DNA of 64,000 nucleotides from Azolla caroliniana (GCA_043228905.1 JBHGNT010000001.1:36394001-36458000); one strand, 5' to 3'. Shown: positions 25,003-39,023, numbered from the stretch's first letter. Notes: generated by a model not told the origin, from the sequence alone. Program-made: numbers and translations.

Positions 25003-25104
25003 ATGGCTCTCTGTCTTGAGATTCCTATCGGGTTCAAGATGGCCAAGCAAGTCATACACTCTCTCCCGCATGGCAACCATCACCATGGTTTCTTCATATT
25101 TTGA
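25003..25104 (+). promoter_or_regulatory. Upstream ORF (33 aa, MALCLEIPIGFKMAKQVIHSLPHGNHHHGFFIF*), candidate conserved-peptide uORF of the HD-Zip I gene
   Basis: ATG at 25003 and TGA at 25102-25104, about 400 nt before the main ATG. It resembles my recollection of the CPuORF of ATHB1-type genes in its C-LE-x-P start and H...IF* end. Confidence 0.55.
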
Positions 25105-25507
25105 TCATTCTTTGCTTCTTCTTCTTCTTCTTCTTCTTCCTCCTCCTCCTCCTCCTTTCTTTCTTTTGTTATCAGAACTAGTTGTATATGAATATATATC
25201 TGTATATATTTAATCTACTCCACATGTCGTTCTTCTCATAGCTCGTATGAATATTATCTACATACCTCGTTTTGGCTGTTCTCATAGATTGTATTCATGC
25301 ATCTGTCTGTCTATCTATGTTTGATCTAATCCAGTTTGCCTTTTAGTTACCGTAGATTGGATGCATCTATATGTCTATCTGGCTTTAGATTTGATCTGAT
25401 CCCTGGGCCTAGCTTGTTCTCGCAACTTGTATGCATACATATCTATCTATATTCTGATCTGTATATTTGATCTAAAATCCACTTGTCCTAAGTCCATACT
25501 CCATTCC

Positions 25508-26936
25508 ATGGCTTGGATCAATGGCGTTATCATGGGACCTTATCATTTGGACAGCATGATCCAAGCTCGAGAAGAAGATACTGCCACAAGTCTTCAATTA
25601 CCTCATCATCATCAATCACTGCAAGGGTTTGTCTCGTCGTGTAATTCGACCTCCCTTCCCAAAGGTAATTAATATAACTGTCGCCCATGAGTATGAATTA
25701 AAATATACCATCCTGGTTTCCTTTGAATTCTTTTAAGATCGAACCTTAGGATTTATCATAAATGGAACAGTTTAGGAATTTAGAGACCAGCAGTTTCAGA
25801 AACGTTAAGATCTTTAGGATTTGCTCCGCATCCTCGTAGTGGAATTCAAGGGATCAAGGATGGGTTAATCATAGAATTCAAAGATTGATGATGGGTTGGT
25901 TTAAACTTTATACTCCTGTGCCTTGTTCACCCCCCAATCAGGAAACTAACTAACCATGCAAAGGATGCAAGTACTAACCATGCCCTAATCACATCCATTA
26001 ACCGTGATTCACTTACTAATCACACCACTTGTGCAAATCCATTGATGCATATGTTCTCTATTATATGTTGTTAATAACTCGGGACCACATGATGACTTTG
26101 TAGCTCGACCAAGTAGAGGTCTCAATAAGAGAACCCTTGGTCGATACTCCATAAAAGATGACAATGCATTCAATGACGACGAATTGCTATACAACCTCGG
26201 TGATCATGATCTTATCGATGACATGACAACTAACGATAATCCATCCGAGAAGAGACGCCGCCTCACAATGGAGCAAGTCAACTTCTTAGAGATGAGCTTC
26301 AACAATGATCTCAAGCTCGAACCTGACCGGAAAACTGAAATTGCAAAGCAATTAGGGATTCGGCCTAGACAAGTTGCGATCTGGTTCCAAAATAGGCGAG
26401 CCCGATGGAAGAATAAGCAACTCGAACAAGACTATGATGCCTTGAAGGCCAATTATGAAGCTCTAGTTAAGGACAACGACAATAGAGCTAAGGAACATGG
26501 CGCCATTGTGGAGGAAAACATGAGGTTACTTGCTGAGGTCAAGCTAGCTAATCTTTAATTCTTCGTTTTGTTCCATTACCTTTCCATTTTTCCTTATAAT
26601 CTTGCTTTTAAGCTCACAAGTGATTTTAGGCCATTTGTTTTCCATGTAATGAGATTAAATGTCCCACTTCACCTTTCTTAGAGGTTTTAGCATTACCATA
26701 AGTTTTGTAAGCAAGGTATCACACATGTGAAAACAATAGTCATCTTGGAAGATTTTGGAATCTTGGATAAATATAATCATATCATTCTAGAGTGTCCTCG
26801 AAACTTTGGGACAACCAAAACTTAAGATCTCGTGATAATTTCATTGTAAACATTAAAGAACATTCTAAAAGCTTTTGGAGGACTCCTTGATATTTTAAGG
26901 ATGTGTTTCTTGACATGAGGTTCTCTTTATACTTAG

Positions 26937-26975
<39 letters not shown>

Positions 26976-27534
26976 GAGGGGACATTTCAATGTTATGAAT
27001 ATTTGTAGTCCTTGGAATTACATAAGCTCACACACACACGTTAGGTGGGAAAATGTCTAAAACTTATTGTAATATAACATTTGATACCATGTTTTGTCAT
27101 TATCTTGCTTTCTGACATATGTCATGTGTTTATAGGTATCGCGATTAAAGAGCTTGCTAGAGAAGCAACAAATTAACATATTTTCTGATGATGCATTAAT
27201 GGTTAAAAAGGAGGAGGAAACAAGTGGGAAGTCAGAGCTGACATATTACTCCCCCACAAAGTACTCTGGTGAGGATCAAAGCGATGATTCAGGGCAAAGC
27301 AATGAATCTCAACCTTCTTTGGATGAAGAAGAAGAGTTAAATCCATCGGTAAAGATAGAAGAGGAGGAAGGAGAAGGTGATGATTTGCATTTAATACAAA
27401 GTGATGATATTCTATTGTTTCATCAAATTGCAACCACCCATGGCAATGGCATGACATGCATTAATGACGATTCATACTTGATATTCAACTCATGTGAAGA
27501 CCAACTGGGTGGGTTCCCATCATGGTATGGTTAA
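25508..27534 (+). CDS. Homeodomain-leucine zipper class I transcription factor; exons 25508-25664, 26104-26537, 27136-27534
   Basis: [18 protein letters not shown]...[28 protein letters not shown] followed by a leucine zipper; GT-AG introns keep the frame; acidic C-terminus ending FPSWYG (AHA-like). Confidence 0.95.
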
Positions 27535-29779
27535 TGACGTGGCTTCTTTATTATTATTATTATTATTATAGGTGAGTGTGGCAAGTATATATATCCATAT
27601 GTCCTAATTATATATTGTTCAACTTGTATGTTGGAATGCATATGCATATTAGAGTAATAAATCCTTTTTCCCAATGTTTTATGAATCATTGAATTAGTAA
27701 GACAAGTTTTCATCACACTTGAGCAGTCTTGCTAAGTGGGCTATATCATTGGTCCACATGTACATATAATGTATATGTTTGTAATACGTTGGAAAGAAGT
27801 GGATTCAAGAATCATTCAAGAATGACAAGACTCTTTTTCTAGGTTGTTTCAAATTGGCATATCATATGTGGAGAGAAATGTTTCAAGAGGTAATATAGCA
27901 CATCTACATTCTTTCCCACTCTCTTACAATTACACACAAAATCTACTAACTTCTATAGTCAAGGTGGTATTTTGTTCTCCATGGCCTTGAGCCATCATCA
28001 TTGAGATGCAAGATGTACGTATATAAGCTCATTACTCTCCTCCACGGTAAGAGACGTTGTTCCCTTGATATACCTTTCATGCCTTTTTTCTCTATAACAA
28101 AGATATCCAAGGACACCTATAAGTGCATTAGCCCTCAGAATGAATTTACAAGTTGCCATCTTGACCTAGCCTAAACTTTTTTTTAAAATGGTCCAAGATG
28201 CTTAGCTCAATGAAGAGTAGTTTAGGACGATTAGATTTTTAAATGAATAGTCCAAGATACTCATAACCAGGAAGAGAGGTGTTAATGTGTTCTTGAAAGA
28301 TATTGCACAAAGACAAGTCAATCAACATTAGGGATCATGTTTTTCTCATCTAAACTTAGTAGTGCAAATTCTTGATTCTAGCACACATGCTTCTAATTTA
28401 CTTGGATAAAGCCACTCACGTATTTGTTTCCTCTAATTCCATCACTCGAAGACTCAAATTTTGATGAAACAATGTTGGGGCCCCATCAAGGAGATGCCAT
28501 CCAAATTGGGATAAATTTTAATTATTGTCAAAACTCAGGGGGATCAATGAGACACTATTTCAAACTTGAAACAATAAGTTGGAGATGTTTGTCCTAAGCG
28601 GATAAAAATGGGAGAATTTTTGAAACTTGATTGATACTTTGCATGATAAATTCTCCAATTTAACAATGGAATTCTTAGGTAAATCATAAAGCTACTTTGT
28701 CATATCCTTATAATGAAGAACTAAACACTTCTATTAGTTTTTATCATATTAGGTATTGCTAGCGAGACAATAATGTTGAATATATGACCTTTTATCTTCA
28801 TAAAATTATAAATTAAACAAAATATTCGAAGCTAATGCACAATGTGAGAGCATATAAGACATCCTCATCAATTTGATGTAAGAGTTCTAAAGTTTTACTA
28901 CATACATGTAATGGTGTATTAGTACAACACCGATTTTGGAAACATAAGGTCCTAAATTCTATGTTGTGTCTATTACATGTGCCTAATAGATTATTTATAT
29001 TCATGCAAGTTGCTCAGACAACTACAAATCATAGTTCACAATCTCATTTGAGATAGGGTGAAGAAGGCAGAGATTTATTATTGATTTATTATTGTCCTTA
29101 GAGGTAAATTATGCCCTATTTTATTTTATTTTATTCCATAAAAAATATCCTCCATTGGTATTAAAATTGAAGGAACAATATACATATATTGTCTTGCATC
29201 TGTTCAAAACTAATACAACACCACCTCGGCATATCCATAGTCTCTATAGCCTCTTTTGAGTGCATTCCCTGAGACGATATTTGAAACCATAATTATGCCC
29301 GATTTTATTTGAGTGCCTGTGGATTTGGTAACCAACCTTACTAATGAACTATGCAATAGAGAGTGCCCCCTAAGCAACATCGTTGGACAAGATTGGGGTT
29401 TACAATCCGGAGGAAACAAACTCACTTGTGATTGAAGGTGGATCATTGTAGTAGAGTGTGATACAATGAGGGGTGGAATGAATGTAAATATTCATCTTTG
29501 CACCACCCAATTTGTTGTTTATTTTGGCTTTTAGTCACATATATTAGCTAGCTAGTTAAAAATATGTTTTGGCCTCTTCCCAATTTTCAGATGAGGCCAC
29601 ATAATGAAGATAAATCGAAATGTGAAATTATTGCCTCATACATTATATAATAGACATACCACAAGATAAAGCAAAATGTAAATTTGTTGTCTTTATACAT
29701 GATAAATAAGCATACCACTTAATGTAGATACAATAAACATTAGATGGACCCACACATTATTAGTTTACGTTCACTCTAT

Positions 29780-31180
29780 TGTATTACATGTTGAAGTGGA
29801 ACTACCAAGCATAAGCTATTGAAGTGTTGATTGAGGCCCACAATCCAATTGCCACCCTCCACTCAATGTGACTTAGTAGATGACATCCAAACTTGATTGC
29901 ATCCCTATTTCTTGATTCCCTTCCTAGGTTTGAGTGGAGTTGTGCAAGGGGTGTCAACATTGCGGATTCTCATTTGCCAACACCACAAGGGTGAAGCTCC
30001 CAAAGGGATGCGTCTAAAACTAATTACAATTTCCTCTCCAAGCACAATAGGTGCGATAGGCCTCAAAATACTAGACTTGTATTATGATCAAAACATTCAA
30101 TAGACAATTCACCCTTGTTACACTAGCACTATGCCCATAATGAATTCAACTCTTATGATTGGGTTATGAAGGTTGCATAATATTTTGGCATTTGACATGC
30201 CTATCGGATCTCTTGTTTGTTCCTACTTTCATCTTCCTTGCATGCATTTGTAAAGATGATCCTTGGGTTCCATGACCAATTTGATAGTGAGACTTATGTG
30301 CCTAGCATACCAAGTTGTGTGTTCTATAAATGAAATATGTGGATCATAGGATCATACACTATCAACCTTTGTCATTTCTCCATAAGATTGCATCTATTTA
30401 TATGCCTTTTGATAACTTGGTTATGATAGTCTGAAAGGTGTTCTAGAATTTATGTCATCTAGTATCATGTCCTCCTAAATGTAGCATACCATTATATAAA
30501 GTTGGGTTGCTTTCCCCCTAACCGAGGAGCGTAGCCATGCATTTACTTCCTCAACATTATGGTCCTAGTTAGACATGGTTCAGCCTATTTTTTATCCGCA
30601 TTTAGATATGGGTGGTGTACTGAAACAAATCCTCCCCATGATAGAGAGTGAGAGAGTTATATGAAAAGATAAAGAAAAAAAGGTTTTTAAAAGGACCCCA
30701 TGCATTGAACTAAAACCTACGTATGATATGTGGCCAAGTTCTGAACAAGGACCAAACGCGAACTCGATAATTTTGCTACTTTTGATTTTACAATTTAAGT
30801 AAAATAACACGTCCAAAGATTCAAAGTTTATGGCCCAAGACCCATAAGCGCAAGGGTTTAGAAGAGATATGAGATAAGATATAGGGACATGACCAAAATT
30901 AAGGAGGTAATTTGAATGTACGTTCTCTCTACTCAAGGGCAACACAATATGGAGAGTGGAAGAATGAATCTTACACCCAACAACAAAGTAATGGGGAATA
31001 TGCGTACTTGTCTTACATTTGTACATTCCCAAGGCCACACACCAATTAATGATATATCCCCCAACTCTAGGTCTTAGTACTTTATTCCCCATGCACTCCA
31101 TCTAAACTTTGAGAGTCATGTATACATAAGGCCATTTTTGTATGAGAGATGGTTGTTGTGACGATGAAAACATATTTAAA
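29780..31180 (-). mobile_element. Highly degraded transposon remnant, possibly LTR-retrotransposon gag/pol
   Basis: Stop-riddled coding-like sequence with a weak gag-like peptide (AWLRSSVRGKATQLYN); no clean catalytic motif. Confidence 0.25.
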
Positions 31181-31300
31181 ATATTTCTAGAAAATATATA
31201 TGAGGGGGTTTAATGTGTGATTGGGTATATAACACATGATCAATGAGCAAACTATCACATGTAAGCCGAGGAGTCTCTAACAAAATGAGGTTTGCTACTT

Positions 31301-31643
31301 CAGATCTGTTTGCAACTGTTTCTGTTGGGATGGTGAATCTTCTTACAGAGACGGAAATCTTCTTACACCTGACACATATGATTGGAAAGACGGAGGACAT
31401 GGAATATCATGTGAAATATAAGTTTTCTATGGAGTTCTGTTCTAAGAGCCCGAAATTTTGTTTTCTGCAGCAGATCACTGGAATCAATGCTGTGTTTTAT
31501 GGCTGTTTTTTTTTTCCCAACAGTTTTTACAAATACTAGAATCATTTCAGATATACTGGTGGAGATGAAACAATATTATGTACTATTTGTATACTGCCTC
31601 CGGGCTTTTTATTAATACCAATGGAGCATATGTTTTATGGTAA
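31301..31643 (+). pseudogene. Scrambled MFS sugar-porter gene fragments between 19-bp direct repeats
   Basis: LQQITGINAVFY (sugar-porter signature), frameshifted FFPTVFTNTRIISD, and SDLFATVSVGMVNLL. AAAATGAGGTTTGCTACTT at 31282-31300 and 31644-31662. Confidence 0.65.
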
Positions 31644-31678
31644 AAAATGAGGTTTGCTACTTTGCCATAACTTGCCTT

Positions 31679-31709
<31 letters not shown>

Positions 31710-33060
31710 AACCACAATATTTAGATTGTTGCAAATAGAGAGAAGTTGATTTGACAACCATGATAGCCTTCTCACTAAGGCTTGGTTGCCAACGAGACTT
31801 AGACACTGATCAATCATTGCCTTTAGCCAATAGTCTATCTTGTTATAGTCATTGAAATACCTTGATTATTAGAATTTTTACATAATGGAGAATTGGGATG
31901 TCATTGAGTTTGGAGGATCATATGTTACATGCGATAGGAGATAACATTGTAAAAGGTGAGGATTACACATGATGCACGATGATCGATGCATAAGGGGTTA
32001 TGCTTATAATAATTGATCACCCATATAAATGTTTTGGCTCCTTGATGACGTTACATTTTTTAGAGTTATTGTCGTCCCTAGGCTAGATGGAGGGGATCCA
32101 TGGACAATTTGGTTAATTGACCACCAAATACTTATTCCTCGCGTGTGGACTAATGGGATGTACTTAGGAGTTTGTTTGGAGGGTCTTGTTGGTTCATTTG
32201 TTTTTTTTAATTTTGCTAAAACAACATCGTATCATAAATGGTACGTGTCTCTTTTGTATGATGCTTTTATGATGCCCAATTGCAAGGCCTATATGGAGAA
32301 TTTATTTCTGGCATTTGGATTTCAATTTTCGATCACGAGCATTACAGTATTAGTAGACCTTGGCTCAATTTTGATAGCCATTTCTCATGTTCCATCTCCG
32401 GAATTTAACCTCGATTCATTGTCTGTCGTCATAATCCACCACTGCGCTTTATTATCATTACTACTATCATGCCATTCTTACAACGTGGCATTTTGGTTCA
32501 TTCCTTGCTAGGGCCAATGGCATGATTGATGGGGTACAAACGATGCTAGTTTGTTTGTTTTTCGTCTTGGATCAACAACAGGGTACTGGGAGACATGATG
32601 GCATTTGCCGGAAAAGGCTCGGCATAGGGCAAAATCTGACATTGGTTGGGTTATGGTGTGATGGCACAGGAAGTGGACCCGACCCGACCCGACCCTACCG
32701 ACAAACTTGCATGTGTATTGTAAGTAACATGGTTCTATAGCAGACGCACTTCCTTTACCGGGAACTCTGTAAAGAATATCAAACGATTTGAATGGAAGTT
32801 GTTTGTTTTGTTTCCTATGCCATATATACCTACATTATACATACATACATACATACATACATTATACATACATACATCATACATACAAAGAGCCAAGAGC
32901 CAGGAGGCGATGAAAAGAAGTTTCTTTCTTTCCTTCCGGGAGAGAGAAGGACCGGGAGCGAGAGACACACAGACAGACGATATGAATGGAAGTTTGTCTC
33001 TCTCTGAAGAGGGACTCCGAAACTAGGTTCTCAACATCTCTGCGCAGACGCCATCTCTAC

Positions 33061-33065
<5 letters not shown>

Positions 33066-33113
<48 letters not shown>
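33066..33113. repeat. (CT)n microsatellite at the start of the probable MUB 5' UTR intron
   Basis: Follows a GTAAG donor at 33062; likely acceptor TTTTCAG at 33700. Confidence 0.85.
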
Positions 33114-33116
<3 letters not shown>

Positions 33117-33761
33117 AGTTTTAGATCTTAGTTTTTCTATCTTTCTTTGCTATATATATTGTTCTTCTCCTTCCTTCGTTTTTCCTCTGAAATTTCTGTT
33201 TTATAGTGCCTCTGAATATTTCAATTCTCGGAATATCCCCGGACAGTAGAAAAAATTCGTGACAAATTTGGTTATGTTGTAACCATAAAACATTGAATTG
33301 GAAGGAAGAAATTAATACTGGGATTCATCAGATTTTGTCGATTATTGTGAAAGGCTATTGTTTATTTATCCAAGCTTATTTCAGCGTAATTTAGCAAAAG
33401 CAAAGACCTGTCTTTCGATTTTGCAATGAAACATTTTTCTTGTGTGGATTTTCGTAAACCAAATTTGATTTGAAAAGAAGATAGTATAATAAGAGATTTT
33501 TTTTCCTATCATTTAAGTTAGTTTTATGAGAAGTATATGATTCCTTTATCTCAACTTCCAGAAAGAAGAGACTTTCTTCTCTCTCTCTCTCACTCCCACC
33601 TTCTCTTTTGTTTAAAGAAAACATTCTTGTGTCAGGATTGTTAAATGAGATTTAATTTGAGTGAGCTTGTAATGAATTATAAAAAGACATTATTTTTCAG
33701 GATTGTAAAATAGAATTTGGTTTGAAAAAGAGATTATAAATAAATTGTAAAGACATTGGGA

Positions 33762-35690
33762 ATGGCAGCTGAAGAGCTATTAGAGCTCAAATTCCGCCTT
33801 TATGATGGTACTGATATTGGACCTAACAAATATGCGCCGGAAACAAGTGTTCTTACCCTGAAAGAAGCCATTCTTTCTCAGTGGCCAAAAGGTACGACAT
33901 ATGTTTTTAACCGTTATTCGCAAACTATGATTCAAAATGGTAGAATAAAAGGAAATTTTCATTTTAAAATCATATAATCATAGAGGCGTAAGTTGTAGTT
34001 TCTTCTATTATTGGTGCTAAAGTTTGGTGCAAATTTTATTTACTAAACTAAGCCAAGAGTTGCCTAACTGTTTGTGTATGAAGTTCTAGAAATGGGTTTA
34101 TGAGGCAAGAGGCATCTTCCTTGCACAATATTAAGTGACAGAAGTCCTTTTTATGGGAATAGGTTAGTTAATAGAATATTTTTCAGTTTTGTATCCCTAA
34201 TTTTCATAAATGATTTCATAATCTTGCAGTGCAGCTCCACTTTTCGACTCTTTATAGCATGTAGGATATCCCGAACCTAGTTACTGTAGGTTGCATATTT
34301 TGAGCTAAAAGGCAACCTGAATGCATCTAACCACTTCCATTTAGGTACAATAGGCAGATTCATATTACTGTTTTGTTGTAGTTAGATTGCAGATTAGTTT
34401 GACTATTTTGTGCTAATTGAGTGTCATCATGTCCCCAGAGAAAGAAAATGGTCCTAGGACTATAAGTGATATGAAGTTGATAAATGCGGGTAAAATTCTA
34501 GAGAATAACAAAACCTTAGCTGAATCAAGGGTGCTGATTGGCGAACTTCTTGGAGGAACAATTACGATGCATGTGGTTGTGAGTCAACCGGATTTCGAAA
34601 AAGGGGGTAAGTATATTTATATTCATAGTTAATGAGACACTTCCGGATTATACAAATTTCATCATGATGTTTGTGTTCAGAGTTCTGATATGCTGTGTTA
34701 CATTTGAGTGGAAGTTGAATCTCTTAAATTGTGCTTGTATCATTGTTTTTCCCAAATAGAAAAGGTCAAACTTCACCACTGGCGTCAGATATTAAATTAG
34801 GCTTCAATATTTGTTCCACTTGACACTTTCTCGAAGAAGGCTTGTTTTTGTTTCTATCTTTTTGATGCTTTATTGTGATTTATATGTATCTATAAACCCC
34901 CCAAAAAGTAATGATAACTGGCAATTATCTAAAGAGTGATTGTTACATTTTTCACTGACTTTTTACTAATAAGCAAGCTAATCCCACATGGAAGCATGTA
35001 TGTACATTGAAGTTCTTTCATCTTAGAGTGACCATTTGGGATAGATTTAAGATTAATCGTTTGTCCTTGTTTTCTTGACAATAATATTTCTTAAGTGTGC
35101 CCATATGACCACTTGGGCTATCTTTAGTCTGTATGGCCAGTTGGGCTGTATTTTTATTTGCAGATTCAAATCATTTTCATATTTGTTCCTAACATCTATA
35201 ACTTACAGAGTTCCACATAGGCATAGTACTGGAAAATGTCAATTTTCTTTCCTAATTTCCCATTGAATAAATTTTGCGAGAAAAAAAAGTAAATAAATTA
35301 TTGTTTTTATTAAAATTTCAAAAAAAAATTCATCCTTTTGTTGTAACTAGTGGCACTTCTTAATTTTTCTTGCACTCTGTTTTCTTCCATCCTTCAATCA
35401 TACCAAAACATGTCTTTTGGGGAATGGTATGCTATGAAGTTCAAATTTGTTTTTAGATATTTAAAGATTGTCTTGTTGCAGCTTAATATCGTAATTAATA
35501 CTTGGCTAATGAGACAAAAGAAATATATTTCGTGCGCTGATGTCCAAAAATTGAGTTAGATAGTTGAACAATGTTTCTTTATAAATGATTTTATGCAATT
35601 TCAGTTTCAATCAATAAATTTACAATTTCCTCAATTTGTTAAGCAGGTTCATTAGGGAAGAAGGGCTGTGCATCATGTTGCATACTTTGA
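33762..35690 (+). CDS. MUB: Membrane-anchored ubiquitin-fold protein; exons 33762-33891, 34439-34606, 35647-35690
   Basis: MAAEELLELKFRLYDGTDIGP...WPK|EKENGPRTISDMKLINAGKILENNKTL...TMHVVV; last exon GSLGKKGCASCCIL* supplies a CaaX prenylation box; splice phases are consistent. Confidence 0.95.
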
Positions 35691-37324
35691 CATCTTTTTT
35701 CACTCAATGTCATCTGGATGGAGTGGGATTGGGATTGAAGAAAAGGAGCATCAGGACCCATGCTGTAATTATTTAACTATCGCAACTGTTGCATGGCACC
35801 TGCTCCCATAGCCATCGTGAGTTAAGTCAAAATGACCCACTATTTTGTTGTGAAGATGTTTGTCATGGAGTTGGACTTGTAAATCATTTGAGAGCGGTTC
35901 ATGAGAATTTAAATTGAGATCATTGATCTTGTTAGTAGTAGCTGTAGGACTCATCTCCAAAAAGCTAGTCACATATGTGTAAAGAAAAAATAGATTAGCC
36001 TCATAAATATAGCTTCAATGAGGTTACAATATGTGCTTGTAGTGGTGCTCAAACATGAGCTATTGCAATAATTTGTGTTGTCTTTCATTCTTCTTGACAT
36101 TTGTGCAATTCTAAAGAGGATTGAGTAGGGAAACTCATTTATCACGCACTAATTTAAAAGATCATACATACAACATACATGCAAAAGATCTTGTCCTTGG
36201 TTAAATCAAATGATGCAACCTTGTTGCAAGAGTGACAAAACTCTGTGTTTCATCAACCAATAGAAACTTGAATCACCAATACCAATCATACTTAGTGTCA
36301 GGGGTAGTGATGTATTTGGTGTTCTTAAATATTTAAAAATCACGCCTGAATTAGTCAAGCAAAAAAATTAGATATAATAGTGTATGAGAGAGAGAGAGAG
36401 AGAGAGAATGTAAAGATTAGGAAATTACAACCATCTTTAGATGCTTTGCTCATTTATCCATTTCAAGGTAGCAATGTACATAGATGCATCTTCCCTTTTT
36501 GGATTCTAAACCACAATATTTGCTTAACAAAAGACAGGAAGACTTAACAAAAACTCAACTAACAATCTTCGGAGATGCCAAGGACATGTAGTTATACATC
36601 TTTGTAAACTGAATCTCTCATTAAACTGACCACCCATACTTAAGCCCCAAGAAGATAACCTAGAGTTTTCTTGTTTCTTTAGGCTGCAAGCTTACATACA
36701 TCCCTACCTTTTCTAAAATTCCAAGAAATCCATGTAACAACACAGTTAGATGATTTCCCCCTTTGCTTGTTTTACATAGTTACTGTTATCTTATGTGTCG
36801 AGACTATTCTAACTTGTGTTGCAGACTATAATCAGTGATTAGAACACACTTTTGTTTCAACGTTTGAAAGAAATTTTCATCGGCTTGAAAAACTGTGGCT
36901 ATGTTCCAGCCAATTCAAATGATATTACTTCAAAAAACTTATGGTTAAATAGTTTATACGTTCATGATTTATCATTAATTCTGAACATGATGCGGTACCT
37001 ATTACCTTGCCATACACACCCAATTATCATTGTCAAGTTTCATGAGTTGCTTAAAAATGTTTTATAAGATTTGGTGTAGATGATGAGCTTAAACCTTGAC
37101 TAAGTGTGACTTGAACCTTCATTATGTTGGTCTATATTTTCCTTAAATCTTAGCATACATTAAGAGATCTTGATTAGTGCCTAAAACCAAAACGATAAAT
37201 TGTTTTACTTAGCTAAAACCTTGATTTCATGTAGCCACATCAAGCATTCATTAATCAAGTGTTTGTAACCCTTCATTACATACATTGTGAGGTAAAACTT
37301 TCATTTGAGGTCATTAAGGATATA

Positions 37325-39023
37325 TCAACAATAGCTGGGTGTGAAGGTGAGACGAGAGGTGCTAGAGCTGAAGGAGAGAAGGAAACCTTGCTGTTGAATG
37401 TTTCCAAGTATAGATAAACCCCATGATGGAGCAAATGCAAGGCAATAAGTTGCGGCATCATCATCGATACCGATAAGGTAATTCGCAGTGGGAAGGCTAA
37501 TTGTAAGGCTAATTGTAGCTGTAGATGGGGCTGAATTCTTGCTGCCTATCCTGCCAGGGGCATTGTCTGTCCCCATTTCCACCAAATGGAGGTCAATAGT
37601 CGGCACACTGACCAACACCATCCCCGAGAGGTCGTAGCAAGTGTCAAATATCTCCATTCCTCCATCCACAAGCCTCAAATCTGTTGCTGCCTCCTGAAAC
37701 GCCTCTCTCAATGTCGTAGGCGACCTATTCGAGCCGAGTCACTGTCGTCCCTGAATCCACCACAACACCGCCTTCACTGTTCTCCGACAACCCCCGTATC
37801 GCCGATGATATGGGCAGCCGTCTTCCTCCCACACTGATCCCTTCCAACTCAATGTAGTAGAAGGTGTCCATCCTCTGGTTCCGTAATAGCGGTGTACTCA
37901 CAGACTGTCGGTCATCTGTAGGCGTGTTTTCGCTGGATCCTGGATCGCCCGAGTTATTCAATCCGAATGCCAGAGTTCCTCCTCCATATCCCATCGCCGG
38001 AAGACAGTATGCAAAATTGCGATGGGAAGGACATGCTGCCAGCCCCAAGCCCGAGCAAGCCAGCAGAGACACTGAACCGCCCCTCATTATCATGCCCGCA
38101 TCCGATCCCTATCCCTGACACCACTGCCCCACTGGAGAAGGTGAGCATCTCGGTCACTAGGTTCCCAACCTTGAATGACCCGTCGCCATATTGGACCTCG
38201 TACGTGAAGCTCTGGATGCAGGTGTGGAGCGGGAGGTGGGCACAGAGTGGCGAGGTGCACAAGATTGGGCGGAAGGACGAGGAGGCAGAAGGCCGGAAAA
38301 TGGGGTCAGGTTGGGGGTAGCATTGATTACAAAGAGCACATTGCAACCATGTGAGGTCACTAGCAGTGTCCAGGATCATGTAGGTGGGCAAGGGATTTTC
38401 ACGAGGTACTCACCGCTGCCGCGGTTTGCACCAGACGAGACCAGACTATTGATCGGTGGTGGTGGTGGTGATGATGAGGGGCGGTGCCGGTGCCGGTGCC
38501 ATTGGCAGTGTTGATCAAGCGATCCATGAAATGTAGTGGTCAGACCTGGCAGCATGGCTGCAGATGATAAGGTTGGTTCTATTGGGGCAACAAGGGGTAA
38601 TGATCCGGCACGAGGGCTTCCTGAACCCATCCTTAACAATGACAAATTTTCACGGGCCCGCCTCACGGCACCAAATATAGCTTCCACTTTCCCCTTATCT
38701 CGCTTCAAACGATCCATCCTTATACTTGCTATATGAGTCTTCATGTGATTGCTCAAGGATTGCACTGATGATGGCACTATCACCACGCTATCCAAGACCT
38801 CAGTATGCCATGTCCACGTTGCATTAATTCTTTTAAGTGAGAGATTATAGGCAGTGTGGGATCCTCTTCTAGCATCTCCAAAGATCTCTAACTTTACAAA
38901 CTGTTGGTACCTATAGGGAGGTTTATTGGTTTGACTAAGCTTATGAGCTATGGTAGCACAATGAGCAGTAAGTCTTAGAAGGGACAAGAGCAAAGAAACC
39001 ATTGCCAACTTGAACTTTTCCAT
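37325..39023 (-). pseudogene. A1-family secreted aspartic protease (ASPG1/AED-like), disrupted
   Basis: Signal-like N-terminus; GSGEYLV, LDTASDLTWLQC, GIGCGHDNEG, VDSGTTVTRL and SILGNIQQQG are spread over four ORFs. Frameshifting deletions near 38390 and 38020; TAG plus frameshift at about 37725-37712. Confidence 0.9.

Noticed and set aside
32029-32511. 160-aa ORF as a gene
   Set aside because: No recognisable motif or splice context; more likely antisense of a decayed TE.
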